A stretch of DNA of 51,052 nucleotides from Salpingoeca rosetta (GCA_033442325.1 JAWQFM010000036.1:252506-303557), one strand, 5' to 3'; shown: positions 27,322 through 45,876, counted from the first letter of the stretch. Numbers and translations: made by a program. Notes: generated by a model not told the origin, from the sequence alone.

Positions 27322-28335
27322 CCACACCAGCTGATGCAGCGTGTGCAAGTGCAGCACGTGCAGCAGCTACTCGGCCACAGCAGCAACGGCCAACACCAGC
27401 TGGCGGACCATGTGCACCACCACCACGTCCACCACGTCCATGTGCAGCAGGACTCTGTTCAACACCACCAACACCACTACCAACAACAACAACATCAGCA
27501 CCACCAGCAGTCTGTCTTCCAGCAGGGCCAAGAGCGTCTTCTTCATGACGACGGGCGCCCGGCTCGCAAGCGGGCGCACCTCAGTCTCTCCTTTGCACAG
27601 CAGGTGTATCTTGCACAGCAGCACCAGCAGCAACGGCAGCACCAGCACCAGCAGCAACAACAACAGATGGCTGCTGCAGCCCAGGCCTACACAGCCCCTG
27701 CCCCTCCTTTCCAAGCAGTCCAGCCGATGTTGGCACAGGCAGCGACGCAGGCTGGGCAGCATGGGCAACGCGACCAGCCGTCCTTGCCACAGCAAGCATC
27801 TCTCGAACAGCAGCAGAAACGGAAACGGCGGCTCGCAAAGAAGAAAGACACGGAACAGACTCGTCGTGACGCCATCAGAGCTCATGTCAATGAACTCCGC
27901 CGTATCGTGCTGCCAGAGAATGCCTCGGCCATCCTGCGCTGGAGTTACCAGGCGGTGGTCATGACATGTGCTGTCTACGCCTTCACCAAGGCTGACCCAG
28001 GGTTCTTTGAGCTCGCAAACATGCACCGCCAGCGCGTGCGCAAGGAGCTACTGACGGCCGCCTTTGTGCGCCAGGTTTTGCCGGAGTGCGCCCACGCTGA
28101 CGCCTGCACAACGCCATCACAGCGCAGGCTGCAAGCGCTGACAGGGGATAACAAGCGAACCGAGTATGAAGGAATTGTCTACGATCGGCTGGCCGCCCTT
28201 GTCAGCCCCGAAGAGAATGAGCACGCGAGGATTTTGCGAGCTGCACGTGACAGGATCACAAGCGACGGGTGCCGACTCACTGAACAGGAGCTGATTGAGG
28301 TCGCAGAATTGCTTGGCGAGCGCAAGCAAGGGTGA
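27322..28335 (+). CDS. Q/H-rich bHLH-like transcription factor; 5' end lies in the gap
   Basis: Open frame from the gap to the stop at 28335. KRKRRLAKKKDTEQTRRDAIRAHVNELRRIVLP fits the bHLH basic/helix-1 pattern E-x-x-R-R-x-x-I...EL-x-x-x-x-x-P. Confidence 0.7.
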   Translation, partial: PHQLMQRVQVQHVQQLLGHSSNGQHQLADHVHHHHVHHVHVQQDSVQHHQHHYQQQQHQHHQQSVFQQGQERLLHDDGRPARKRAHLSLSFAQQVYLAQQHQQQRQHQHQQQQQQMAAAAQAYTAPAPPFQAVQPMLAQAATQAGQHGQRDQPSLPQQASLEQQQKRKRRLAKKKDTEQTRRDAIRAHVNELRRIVLPENASAILRWSYQAVVMTCAVYAFTKADPGFFELANMHRQRVRKELLTAAFVRQVLPECAHADACTTPSQRRLQALTGDNKRTEYEGIVYDRLAALVSPEENEHARILRAARDRITSDGCRLTEQELIEVAELLGERKQG

Positions 28336-29645
28336 TTCCTCCATCGCTGCGCGCGACTTGCTGCACGCGGCTTGCTGCTGTCGTGTCTTTGAATTTGCCT
28401 TGATTCAGTCTCTGCCTGACCGTGCCCCTTGTCTTGCGAGCTGTGTCGTGCTTTCTGTCTTTCTTTCTGTGTCTCGTCACTCGTGTCACTGTGCTTACTT
28501 CACGTTGGCTATTCCAGTCAATACCACTTCCTTCTTCGTCTTCCTCCCTGCCTCCCTGCCTGCCTGCCTCAGCCTCTTTACCCGCGTAATGCTCCTCCCC
28601 TGTCACATCTTTCACGTTGTGATCACTCGGCTCTAACTCATCTTGCCTCACACCTATCCCTCAATCCTTTCATCCTTCAAACCATCTCTACCCTATCCTC
28701 TTCCCTTCATCATATGCGATCGTTTGTGTATTCTCCTGTTTTGATGTGCTGCGATGTCGTCCCCATATCCTTTGGTTGTCTGTCTGTCTTTCTTGTGTGT
28801 GTTCATTTCTTTACTTCTTGCGCGTTGGCCATGCTGTGCTTCCCGCTCACGCTGACTGCCTGGCTTCCCCCAGCGTGCGTGTTCATGTTTGTGCGTGCTC
28901 GGTGTTCCTGTGCGTGCTTGCTTGTGCTTCCTTTTCGTTTCATTCGTGTCGGATCTCCTCTACTCTTATTGCTTGTCTGTCCAATGTCCAGTACAAATCC
29001 CGCAGCTACGCCAGCAAAGCAAGCGAGAGAGCGAGATGCTTGCTGACATCCACCACACTCGTCCCCCTCCCCACACGCAATGCGTGGTGTGGTTGATCGG
29101 GAACCAGCCGGAATCAGCTGCTTGTGCTCACTTCGTCCCAGCAAAAAACGCGTCAACCTGTTTTGTGCAAAGAAGCAACAAGGATGATGATGATGATGCT
29201 CGCTGCAAGCCGCACCGCACCTGCTCACGCTCACTGACCGAAACACACCCACCCCACACACCTGAGCACACTGCCACACACCCCAAGGCAGAGCGACATC
29301 GTCTAACCGTCCACTTGCTTGCATGATGCATGCACGCGACAACCGCGCTGCCTGTCTTTGTTGCATGTGCAACCGTCATGGCATCGTGTACTTGCACGTG
29401 ATGGTGATGAGCACGGGTGGGAGTTACTGACCAAGGTGCGGCTGTTCACACCACACTGGCTGAGCGAGTTCAAAGCGGAGGCGACCGATTCCACCCGGCC
29501 GGCATCCGCAAAGGGGATCAGGAAGTTCGCTTGAAGGAACTGCAGCCACAGGCAACAATGCGTTCACTTCCCACTCGCACAACAGCAGCACACACACACA
29601 CACACACCACATACACTTCGTTGCAACTGAGCGACAACGCTGGAT

Positions 29646-33413
<3,768 letters not shown>

Positions 33414-33462
33414 GGGTGTACGCATGTGTTCGTTTGCTCAATTGCTTACTTTGTGTGTATGT

Positions 33463-33506
<44 letters not shown>

Positions 33507-33733
33507 TGTGGTCACCTTCCCTCTTGTGCAACAGTCGTACCGTGTGTGATATTCTTTCACAGGAACTTGCCATCACAAAACACGCGCGACAGTCACTCAC
33601 CCTCACAACTACATGCAGCACTCACCCACGTTGTCCCAGCGAAATGACCATAAACCAAGCTGAAATGTCAATAGTATACGTTCAGTAACACGCCACAACG
33701 AACACGCGCTTGCATGCAACACCTGACGTCGTC

Positions 33734-34522
33734 TCACATCATGTCACCACCATCGTCATCATCGTCATCATCATCAACACCATCACCATCGTCATCACGT
33801 GCAGCAGTCGTGTTGTCGTGGCTGCCAAGGCCATGTATCTTCCTCCTGTGTGCCACCAAACTCTGCTGCCAGGCTGTTTTGAAATCACACACATCACACT
33901 TGTACTGCCGCCCCTTGGTGTGCAGCTTCACGTGCCTGATCAAGTTGCTGTGCGAGGCTGCTGAATAGTTGCACAGCTCACATTTGAATGGCTTCTCACC
34001 AGCGTGCGTGCGCAAGTGTCCCTTGAAATTGTACGACCGCGTTGTGGTGTAGCTGCATTTGTCGCACTCGTACACCTTCTTCGTGCGCTTGTTCGTCGTT
34101 GCGTGGTCTGGCTGGGCTGTTTCGGACGCAGCAGGTGCTGAGGTCGCGTCGCTGGACTGCTGTTGCGGGGCCACGTGCGATGTCTTCTGGCCGTCGTGTT
34201 GGTTTGCTTGTGGCTGGCGCGCCGCCTGTGGGCACGTGCGACGATTGTGCCAGGCCGCTGACACAGCGTGCACTTTTTGCTTTGCTGAGGCTGCTCGCTC
34301 GGTTGCTGGTCTGCCTTCGGGCAACTTCGACGGTTGTGGCCACACATTGCATACAGAGCACTTGACGGGCTGTCGTGCCGTCGCTGCTGCTGCTGTTCTT
34401 GCTGTTTCTGCCGTGGCTGATGTTGCTGTGCATCCACACCTGCTTCTTCTCTGTTGGCTGTACCATCCCCGTCAACTTCCTTGTGCTGGTGCTGGTGCTG
34501 GTGCTGGTGCTGGTGCTGGTGC

Positions 34523-34589
<67 letters not shown>

Positions 34590-35511
34590 GCTGCTGCTGC
34601 TGCTGGTGTTGTTGTTGTTGTTGTTGTTGTAACCGTGTTCTGCGCCTGAGCGCCTGCTGTCGAATTGATCTTCGCTTCCTGTCAGCATCATTGCGCACCG
34701 CTCCTGCCCGCTCGACCTGCTTGCTTCCGAATACCGTTCGCATCAAACCCTGCCGTTGACGCTGCGTCCACTGGCGGCTTGGCTTTATGTGTGCGCGCCG
34801 CTCTTGTTGCTGTTGCTGTTGCAGTTGCTGATGCGCGGGTGGGTTGGCTGCATTTGGACAGGTTCGTCGGTTGTGGCCAGGAAGCTTGCACACAGAGCAC
34901 AAGACGTGCTGTTCCTGCTGCTGCTGCTGCTGCTTATGCTGCTGCTGTAGCTGGTTCTGCTGCTGCTTATGCTGTTGTTTATGCTGCTGTTGCTGTTCCT
35001 GCTGTTGATTTTGCTGCTTATGCTGTAGTTGCTGTGCATTCACGCCTGCTTCATCTCTGGTGGCTGTGCCATCCCCGTCACCTTCCTTGTGCTGCTGCTG
35101 CAGCTGCAGCAGTCGCGTGCTACGTCGCGTTGCGTGCGGTCGTATGGATGATCGCTGCTGCTGTCTACTTGTGGCATCTGCGTGCACCTGCTGCTGTTCC
35201 TGCCCCTTCTCTCCCGCATTCAGGGCCACTGCTGTCGTTGTGGTTGCTGCTTTGGACGATGACGATGACGATGGCAGTGACGAGGATGATGAGCTGGATG
35301 AAGGTGCACCATCACTGTGTCGACCATGCGCTGTCTTCTGCAGTTGCTCTGCATGCTGTCGCGCCCACCGCTGGTTCTGCTCTTGCAGTTCTTGCTGCTG
35401 TTGTACTCGTTGCTGTTGTGTTGCTCGCTTCCCTCGTCTTCCTCTTGCCTGCTGCTGCTGTTGCTTGCTCTGTTTCTCTAGTGCTCGCTTACGTTGCTCC
35501 CCTCTTCCGCT
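33734..35511 (-). CDS. Q-rich protein with three CCHC zinc knuckles and three C2H2 zinc fingers; 5' end lies in the gap; apparent frameshifts at ~34250-34385
   Basis: Knuckles CSVCKLPGHNRRTC, CSVCNV..GHNRRSC and CTLCQRPGHNRRTC (the last two need frame correction). Fingers YECDKC..HLRTH-AGEKP-FKCELC..HVKLH..YKCDVC..HRRKIH. Acidic tail, stop at 33734. Confidence 0.8.
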
Positions 35512-35611
35512 NNNNNNNNNNNNNNNNNNNNNNNNNNNNNNNNNNNNNNNNNNNNNNNNNNNNNNNNNNNNNNNNNNNNNNNNNNNNNNNNNNNNNNNNN
35601 NNNNNNNNNNN
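35512..35611. other. Assembly gap (100 N)
   Basis: Run of N. Confidence 1.
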
Positions 35612-35731
35612 AGCAGGTTTGCTGCCACGGCACCACCACAGCCTTCCATCACCCTTCACGAACACCACCACCACCACCAGCCACCACCACTACCTTTCAC
35701 CAACAATCTTCACTTCACGACCATGACTCAC

Positions 35732-36517
35732 TTCCGTTGTCGCAGCCATCCGTAAACTGGCGGCACTGGCAGGTACCACCTGCGTGTGGTCAACCACGCA
35801 AGTCAGTCAGTTAGGCAGTCAGTGAGTCATTCAGCCAGTCAGTCAGCACCACCATGGCTATTATCAGTCCAAGCAAACCAAGCCAGCAAGACCAAGGCAA
35901 CACGAAACAAGCAAGACCAAGGCAACACGAAACAAGCAAGACCAAGGCAACACGAAACAAGCAAGTAAGACCAAGCAAGCAAGAGCACTCAGACACACAT
36001 GCACGCACATGCACACACATGCACAATGCCATTCACACTCACCAACAGAGCAGCGGTCGCGGGTCAGACCCGTCGCGGCTCCGCCCTCAAAGTAGTAGCC
36101 AGCGCTCGAGTCAGTCAGCTCCGCACAGTTGTCCAGGTTCTGTGAACGTAATAAAACCACCGTCAACGTGAGCACCGTCACAGCAGCAGCACAGCATGCG
36201 AGGAATGCTCGCATTGCATTGGATGCGTGCATGACAAAGCAGCACAGATGACGACGGCAGCGCTTGCAAGTGCAAGCAAACAAAGAGCTGAAACAGCACG
36301 GCCATACCACGGTGTTGACGAACTCCGTGGAGGTCAGCTCATCGCCAAGCACAATGCCTTCCGGTGGGCTTTGCTGTGGTGGGTGTGTGTGTGTGTGTGT
36401 GTGAGAGAGGGAGAATGTGGGTGAGTGAGCGAGAGAGTGAGAGTGAGAGACGAGAAAACACTTGAACGAGAAAGCATTCGCAATAGGGGAGGAGTGTTGC
36501 ACCCACATGCGCCTGCG

Positions 36518-36606
<89 letters not shown>

Positions 36607-36906
36607 CGCGCAATGCACACAACTCAAGACAGACACACGGCTGACCAGACAGACAGGGCAAAGTCAACTAACAAGCCCAAAGCAAGAGACACACAACGAG
36701 ACATTCATTCACACACACTCACACACACAGCGACATGCATTCACACACACACACAACGAGACATTCACAACCAGACGCACACACGCACATTCACTCACAC
36801 GCACATTCACGCACACACACACACATCGAAAACAACTCACAGCGTTGGTGAGAGCGCAGAGGCCGGCCAGGGCCACCACAGCAAGCACGCACAGGGCGGC
36901 CTTCAT
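35732..36906 (-). CDS. 5' exons of Hog-family paralog 3 (36906-36841, 36373-36308, 36139-36043, 35779-35732); the remainder runs into the gap
   Basis: Spliced product MKAALCVLAVVALAGLCALTNA/QSPPEGIVLGDELTSTEFVNTV/NLDNCAELTDSSAGYYFEGGAATGLTRDRCSVG/GTCQCRQFTDGCDNG aligns with paralog 1 LDLGDELTLEDFLADA/GIDGCVMLTPSSTGYHFERGQASGLSRSRCTLG/GACQCRQFEACDNG. The 97-nt exon and the intron phases are shared. Confidence 0.85.
35887..35965. repeat. 25-bp intronic minisatellite, ~3 copies
   Basis: caagaccaaggcaacacgaaacaag repeated head-to-tail. Confidence 0.9.
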
Positions 36907-37940
36907 CGTCGTCGATCGGTTGGATGGATGGATGGAGTGAAGAGATGCCAGAACAAGCAAGCAAGCAAGCAAGACACGAGGGCTTTGACAGAACACAAAA
37001 AAGGGCGAAAGGAAATGAAAGCGATCACACGAGAATGGCTGGGAACGGTGCACGCTCTGCGTGGCGCTGCAGTCAGACAGAAGGAGAAGCAAGGCGGAAG
37101 GAGAAGTAATGAGAAGAAGCAGCAACGAGGCAAAAAAGCCAGTTGCGAAGGTGAGGTGCAGTGAGACAGCAGCGGTTTGACGGTTTGCTTGGGTGTGTTT
37201 ATGGACGTGCAGAATGGGAGATTGGGGGTGGGAGGTGACGATGATCAAATCAGTGGCACCAACAGCACACCATTCAGTCTGGCATGCCACCGTCTCTGCG
37301 CGAACCTGACCGTTGTCGCACCCGCCGCTGGGCAGAAGCAAGAAGTGAAGCAATTACATGTGCAGTGGTTGCTACGTTGCTGCGTTGCTGCTGCAGTGGC
37401 CGCAACGGAAACGCCCAAGCCAAGATGCATGCATGCACGCAACTGACAACAAATTTTTAATTTTTTGGTGGTTGATTGGGAAAACTTGCGTCACACCCAC
37501 AAAGTCAATTTTGCCAACGCGTGGGTTGGCTGACGAGTTTGCTGTTTCTGTGGTTGTGTGTGTTGTGTGGTTGTGTGAGTTGGAACTTGGGGAGTTGGCG
37601 TTGGAATGGATGACTGCTTCTCCTCCCCCTCCTCACGTGGGAGGAAGGCTTGGCTGCGCGTGCGGTGACCGTCGTCATGCCATGTCAGGTCATAACAGCA
37701 TCATGTGTGCGTGTGCCGCTGTATCGTTGTCATTCGCACAGCCATGCAACCGCAAGGCGAGGTCATGTCACATCACATCACAGCTAGCATGCATGACCAA
37801 CTTGAAAAAAGTCAAGCCCCCAACGCAACAACAAACCACCATCAGCGCAAACAAAGAGTCGTGTCACTGTGTCATGCCAGCCACGAACAAAACAAACACC
37901 TGTTGTAATGTAACTGAGCAGCAATCCACCCAGCCAAGCA

Positions 37941-37983
<43 letters not shown>

Positions 37984-38354
37984 TGCACACACACACACAC
38001 AGATGCACACGCACACGTACATCCACAAATTCAGAGGCACACATACACGCATACAGACGTACACACAAAAGAGAATTGGAACACAAATCACAAAGCTACG
38101 TATCATACGCAAGGCGCTTGGAGCGATAGGTGAAACATGAATGAAAAAAGGGTGTAACGACAACAACACAAACGCACTGCACCACCACACACTTTGACAA
38201 TTCAACGATCAGCGTACAACTTTGAAGACATGCCGCTCAGACATGGCGTGGGAAACCAAACAATCATCGCGTGCCACCGGCTGGGATTTGGCACAAAAAC
38301 GGACACGCACCGTCTGTCCGCCGATGCATTGATTTCGGCACTTGCGCAGAAAAG

Positions 38355-39592
38355 TTAGTTGATGTAGGAAACCGTGAGGTCGAGCATCTCCTGCTCGGAG
38401 AAGATGTGGCCGGCCTCAAGCTGCTGGCCAATGTAGCCAAGAAGACCACCAAAGTCAAGCGACATGCCGTCCAGCTTGGCCTGGGCAACCGTGCGGGCGC
38501 GCTCGGAGATGAACGGGTGCAGGCCCTCGGGGAAGTCGATGGCGGCGGTCGGCACGCTGAAGCGCGCGTCGTCGTTCTGCCACAGCGGGGCGTTCATAAG
38601 ACGCAGGCCCTCCGGGTTGGGGAGCACGGCAAAGGAGTACGCAAATACGTCGTCCACAAACAGTGTGGAGCCATCGTCTGTGACGGGCGTGTAGAACTCC
38701 TCCTCCGTCGTCTGCGTGATGCTGGTGATGGCAACGGTGTACACAAACCCGGCGTCGTCGTAGCGCACGAGGCGGTCGCCAACAACAAAGTCCTCTGCAA
38801 AGATGAACTCGCCGGCAGGCTTGGTGGTGGATGCGCTCGACACATCCACGTCCTCGCTGGCACGGAAGATGTAGTGATCCGGGGTGGATGTGAGCACGTC
38901 GGCGTTGCCGTCCTTGTCCGTGTAGTGCAGCTCGACAAAGGGGCTGGAGCTGCTGTGGTGCACGTTGATGTATGTCTTGAGCTCGCAGTAGCCAAGGCCG
39001 TCACCACCAGACTGGGCCATGCACAGCACACGGTCACCAGTCTTGAGGTTGCGCAGCTGCACGCGGTCGCCGCTCTCCAAGATCACCTCGGCCCAGCCAG
39101 GGAAGCACGGGAAGGTGGACGGTGGGTTAGTCGCCACAAGTGGACACAGCTGGCTGCTGCCAGCAGGACGTGCGCTGCACACGTGCGTAAACGAGTCACC
39201 AAGGTTTGATGTCACAAGCAGCTGTGCAGAGCCAGTGGAGTTGTCATCGATGACAAAGTAATCGTCGTAGGCAACGCTGTAGGCACTGGCGGCCCAGAAG
39301 TCTGCCATGGACGAAGTGATGTCACCGGCAAGGGAGGTGTTGTACGAGGAGGTGGCCCCTGCACAGCGCACGTCGTTGCCTTCCTCAACAAGAATGCTGA
39401 ACACAATAAAGTCCGCAATAGCCTGCGCCTCGGGAGTCTCGACCGTCGGGCACTCGAGTGTCGTCGTGGTCGTGGTCGTCGTGGTAGTGGTCGTCGTTGT
39501 GGTGGTCGTGGTCGTGGTCGTGGTGGTCGTCGTCGTCACAACATAGTCGCAGTTGCGATCAGCCGTGTTGGCAGCACAGAACCGGCTATGTT

Positions 39593-39659
<67 letters not shown>

Positions 39660-40991
39660 TGTGTGTGTGCGTGTGTGCGTGTGTGTGCGTGTGTGCGTGT
39701 GTGCGTGTGTGCGTGTGTGCGTGTGTGTGCGTGTGTGCGTGTGCGTGCGGGTTGCAAAGCAAATTGGTGAGTCACATGTGAAGTGCCTGCAAGCAACCAA
39801 AAACTTGAGGTTCACAAGCACGGTAACATTCTATCACAAACTCCACACACGCACGCACGCACAGACAAAAGTACAGCACACGCGGGCTGCTGTTGAAAAC
39901 TCACTAGCACTCAAAGATGTCCTGGATCTCATCGAAGGTCGTGGACGAGGTCACGTTGCCGCACTCGCACGAGTACAGCTGGTCACGCGCAGACACAGAG
40001 TAGTGGCTGTACGACAGCATGCAGTCCGCAAACGTCTCAAAGTCGGGCGCAGGCCAGCTCTATCGTGGGTGGTGGTGGTGGTGGTAGGTAAGAGGTTGCA
40101 GACAGGGGTAGTGAGGTGGAGCGCGTATGTTTGGGAAGGGGGGCAAGAATAGAAGGAGAACAAGGGAAAAGGCAGCACGCTCACATGAAGAAGCCATCTA
40201 CTCACCCTGCCAATGCACGTGTTGATGCTCATCTCGCAATCCGCAATGCAACCAATGTGCGTTGTGGTTGTCGTGGTGGTGGTGGTTGTTGTTGTGGTCG
40301 TGGTTGTCGTGGTAGTGGTAGTGGTAGTGGTAGTTGTGGTTGTGGTTGTGGTAGTTGTGGTGGTGGTGGTGGTAGTGGTAGTTGTGGTGGTCGTCGTCGT
40401 GGTGGTCGTGGTGGTGGTCGTTGTGGTGGTCGTCGTCGTTGTGGTGGTAGTGGTTGTCGTGGTGGTGGTGGTGGTGGTTGTAGTTGTGGTAGTTGTCGTG
40501 GTGGTGGTCGTAGTCGTGGTTGTTGTAGTGGTTGTCGTCGTCGTGGTGGTGGTCGTAGTTGTAGTCGTGGTAGTTGTGGTGGTAGTGGTAGTGGTGGTGG
40601 TCGTGGTTGTGGTAGTGGTGGTAGTAGTCGTCGTGGTGGTCGTGGTCGTGGTTGTAGTTGTGGTCGTGGTAGTTGTGGTAGTGGTAGTGGTCGTGGTGGT
40701 CGTCGTCGTGGTCGTCGTCGTGGTGGTGGTGGTAGTTGTGGTGGTGGTAGTCGTCGTCGTTGTGGTAGTTGTCGTCGTCGTTGTGGTGGTGGTAGTTGTG
40801 GTGGTGGTCGTCGTCGTTGTGTCGTAAGCAACGCGAGCACTCAACACCGTGCACCGGTTGAAGCGGAACAGCGTGTCTGCGGCACATGCGTCAATGTCGT
40901 CAACATGGGCCTCGTTCAGCGTGTACGTGCGGAACAGGTTGTATGCAACAACATCAATCGTGTCGCTCGAATCACCGTTGTACCGGCACAC
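38355..40991 (-). CDS. Hog (Hint + SRR-like) mucin-like protein, paralog 2; last three exons 40991-40206, 40059-39905, 39585-38355; 5' exons lie in the gap
   Basis: VCRYNGD...FRFNRC module, ~185-codon poly-Thr tract, [23 protein letters not shown]. Hint [29 protein letters not shown] (Cys codon 39107-39105), [34 protein letters not shown]. Intron positions and phases match paralog 1 exons 6-8. Confidence 0.9.
40261..40821 (-). repeat. Coding ACN trinucleotide tract (poly-Thr stalk)
   Basis: Uninterrupted ACN codons with mixed third positions. Confidence 0.95.
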
Positions 40992-41057
40992 CTGCACACA
41001 TCCAACACAGCGAAAAGAGGAGGGAGTGTGTGCGTGTGTGTAAGAGAGAAGAGTGAG

Positions 41058-41157
41058 NNNNNNNNNNNNNNNNNNNNNNNNNNNNNNNNNNNNNNNNNNN
41101 NNNNNNNNNNNNNNNNNNNNNNNNNNNNNNNNNNNNNNNNNNNNNNNNNNNNNNNNN
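41058..41157. other. Assembly gap (100 N) hiding the 5' ends of two divergently oriented genes
   Basis: Run of N; both flanking genes are 5'-truncated here. Confidence 1.
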
Positions 41158-42832
41158 AGATACGCAGCACCAGCAGCAGCGTGGTGCCCGGCCTGCTCCA
41201 GCCCTTTTCTCGTTAAAAGCAGATCTCTTTGATCAAGAGGACGCCGACCGCGTGCTGGCGCTGCGCACCACCCTCCTGGCCAACGCGCTGGGCAATCGCA
41301 TGACTCTCAGCGTCATCAAGCCTTTGCTGTCGCTGACAGCTTCCAATGTGAGGCACTTAACCATTGTTGCACCGAGTGCGAAAATTGACAAGCTGTCCGT
41401 GCACCACGTCGAGCGCATGACGTGGGACACGGCCGCTGAGGAGGTCACGTTTGACGCAGACTTCCGTGACGTGCAGCACATTTGCCTGCGCCGCCTGGGC
41501 CACCGGGCTGATTTCAGCGCACTTGCAGGCATCCCTTGCGTCGAGCTTGCTTCGGACGATGCAGCAAACAGCTTCGATCTGGCACCCTTGGAAGGCGTGA
41601 AGCACCTGGCTCTGCGCAACACCCGCGTGCTCGGCGAGGAGCCCGTCATACTGGCGGCGCAGCGCCTCGACCTGACCGGCGTCAACCTGGAAGCAGCCAA
41701 GCTCCACGCCAACCGCGTCCAGCTGTGCCGCATGGCCGCTGCCCCCGAGCTGCTGCACCTCCCCAACGCCACCCACATTGAGCTGTTGGAAGACTGCAAG
41801 GTGAAGCGCATAACGTGCCCGCTGCACATTGAGAGGCTCGTCATCCGCCATCCAAACACGCATGCTGGCGCAGCGCCCGTTGAGCTGCCGCAATTTGAGC
41901 ACGCGGGCACGGTGGTGCTTGACTTTGGTGGGGCAAAGCTCACGCGCGCACAGCTGACGAGCCTCGGCGCTCGCTCCGACCACCTCGTGCTCTGCAACTG
42001 CGTGAACAACATCCGTGACCTGTGCGACGTTCCACCGCACGTGTACGTGTGCGTGGCGGGCGCCCACGTTGACGCGGAGGTGCCGCTGTGCGTGAAGGAG
42101 CTGAAGGCGTCCATCAAAAGCAGCTTTCGCGCCAGCTTTGTTCGCACCGTGCCGTACCTGATGCTCAGTGGACAGAGGACAATGAAAGCAATTCCAGACA
42201 CCAACAACCTCTCTGACCACGTGTTCCTCAGCCTCAAGGCGTGTGCCATCGATGGGGCGATCAGAAACTGCCTGCGCGCGAGCATTGATGGTTGCGTGGG
42301 ACGCGCCACGTTCAACTGCATTGGCGCTCTCTCCATCCATCACGGCGACCTTGCATTTACCAGGTTTGAGCGTGCCGACTTTGAAGTCGAGGGTGTGGAG
42401 GATGTGTGCACGTGTCGACTTTGGCACTGCGACATTGATGAGCCGTTCTCGCTTCGTGCCACGCAGCGCCTCATCGTCAGGGTCAGCACGTTTTACGAGG
42501 CCATTGTCGTTGAGCCCGTGAACACGCTTGTCGTGCGCGGATGCGGGTCGGGCTACGGGAACGGGCGGTGGCCATACGCAACGCTCGCGCGCCCAACACA
42601 TGAGAGGACACAGTTGATGGAGAGGCTGAGGGAGAAAGACAGGGTGGAGTGGGAACGGCGCAGGGAAGAAGAGAGCTGGGAAGACTGGTCGCCGTTATTC
42701 GATGACACGGAATACGAATCTGACGACGACGATGATGGCGACGAGGATGCTGATGGTGATGATGACGGTGATGATGATGATGACGGTGATGGTGGTGGTG
42801 AAGATGATGACAGTGATGATGGTGAATGCTGA
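41158..42832 (+). CDS. Intronless degenerate leucine-rich-repeat-like protein, paralog A, with acidic tail; 5' end lies in the gap
   Basis: The frame is open back to the gap (QQQRGARPAPALFSLKADLFDQEDADR...). LxxL-type units such as VRHLTI, VKHLAL, AQRLDLTGV and IERLVI. Collinear with the 43471-45876 gene. Confidence 0.75.
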
Positions 42833-42901
42833 TGGCGGCGGCGGCGACGATGAATGCTGGGACATCTTGCGTGCATGCATATATGTGTGTGTGTGTGCGC
42901 A

Positions 42902-42946
<45 letters not shown>

Positions 42947-43470
42947 ATGTGCGTGCGTGCATGTGTGTGCATGTGTGTGCGTACGTGCGTGCATGTGTGT
43001 GTGCGCGCATGTGCGTGCGTGCGTACGTGCGTGCATGTGTGTGTGCGCGCGCATGTGCGTGCGTGCGTGCGTGCGTATGTGCGTGCATGTGTGTGTGTGC
43101 ACAGACTGTTTCATGTCCCATTTGTGACACTTCTTTGCATGGATTGCCTGATCTGTTCAGAACCACGCTTGCTTGCGTAGAAGTCGTTTACTGGTATTGG
43201 TTACAGTCCGTGCTGGTCACACACGTCCAAAGAGGAATAAGAGAAGAAAGAAGCACATAACGGTGCCTCTTAGCGCAATGCAACGGCCATGCATGAATGC
43301 AAACACACACACACACACACACACAATCATTCACTCGCACACACAGACACACACACACACACACGCACAGACAGACAGACACACGCACACACACAAAATC
43401 ATTCACTCGCACACACACTCACACACACACACACACACACGCACACACACACACGTTCTCCTCGTTGCTT

Positions 43471-45876
<2,406 letters not shown>

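Noticed and set aside
35887-35965. CRISPR-like repeats (also the 60-bp repeat at 12217 and the 20-bp repeat at ~50252-50301)
   Set aside because: The units are head-to-tail with no unique spacers, there are no cas genes, and the context is eukaryotic intronic or intergenic DNA.
40116-41216. Gly/Cys/Arg-rich, poly-Val, poly-His and poly-Pro ORFs
   Set aside because: They are alternative readings of the poly-Thr ACN tract.
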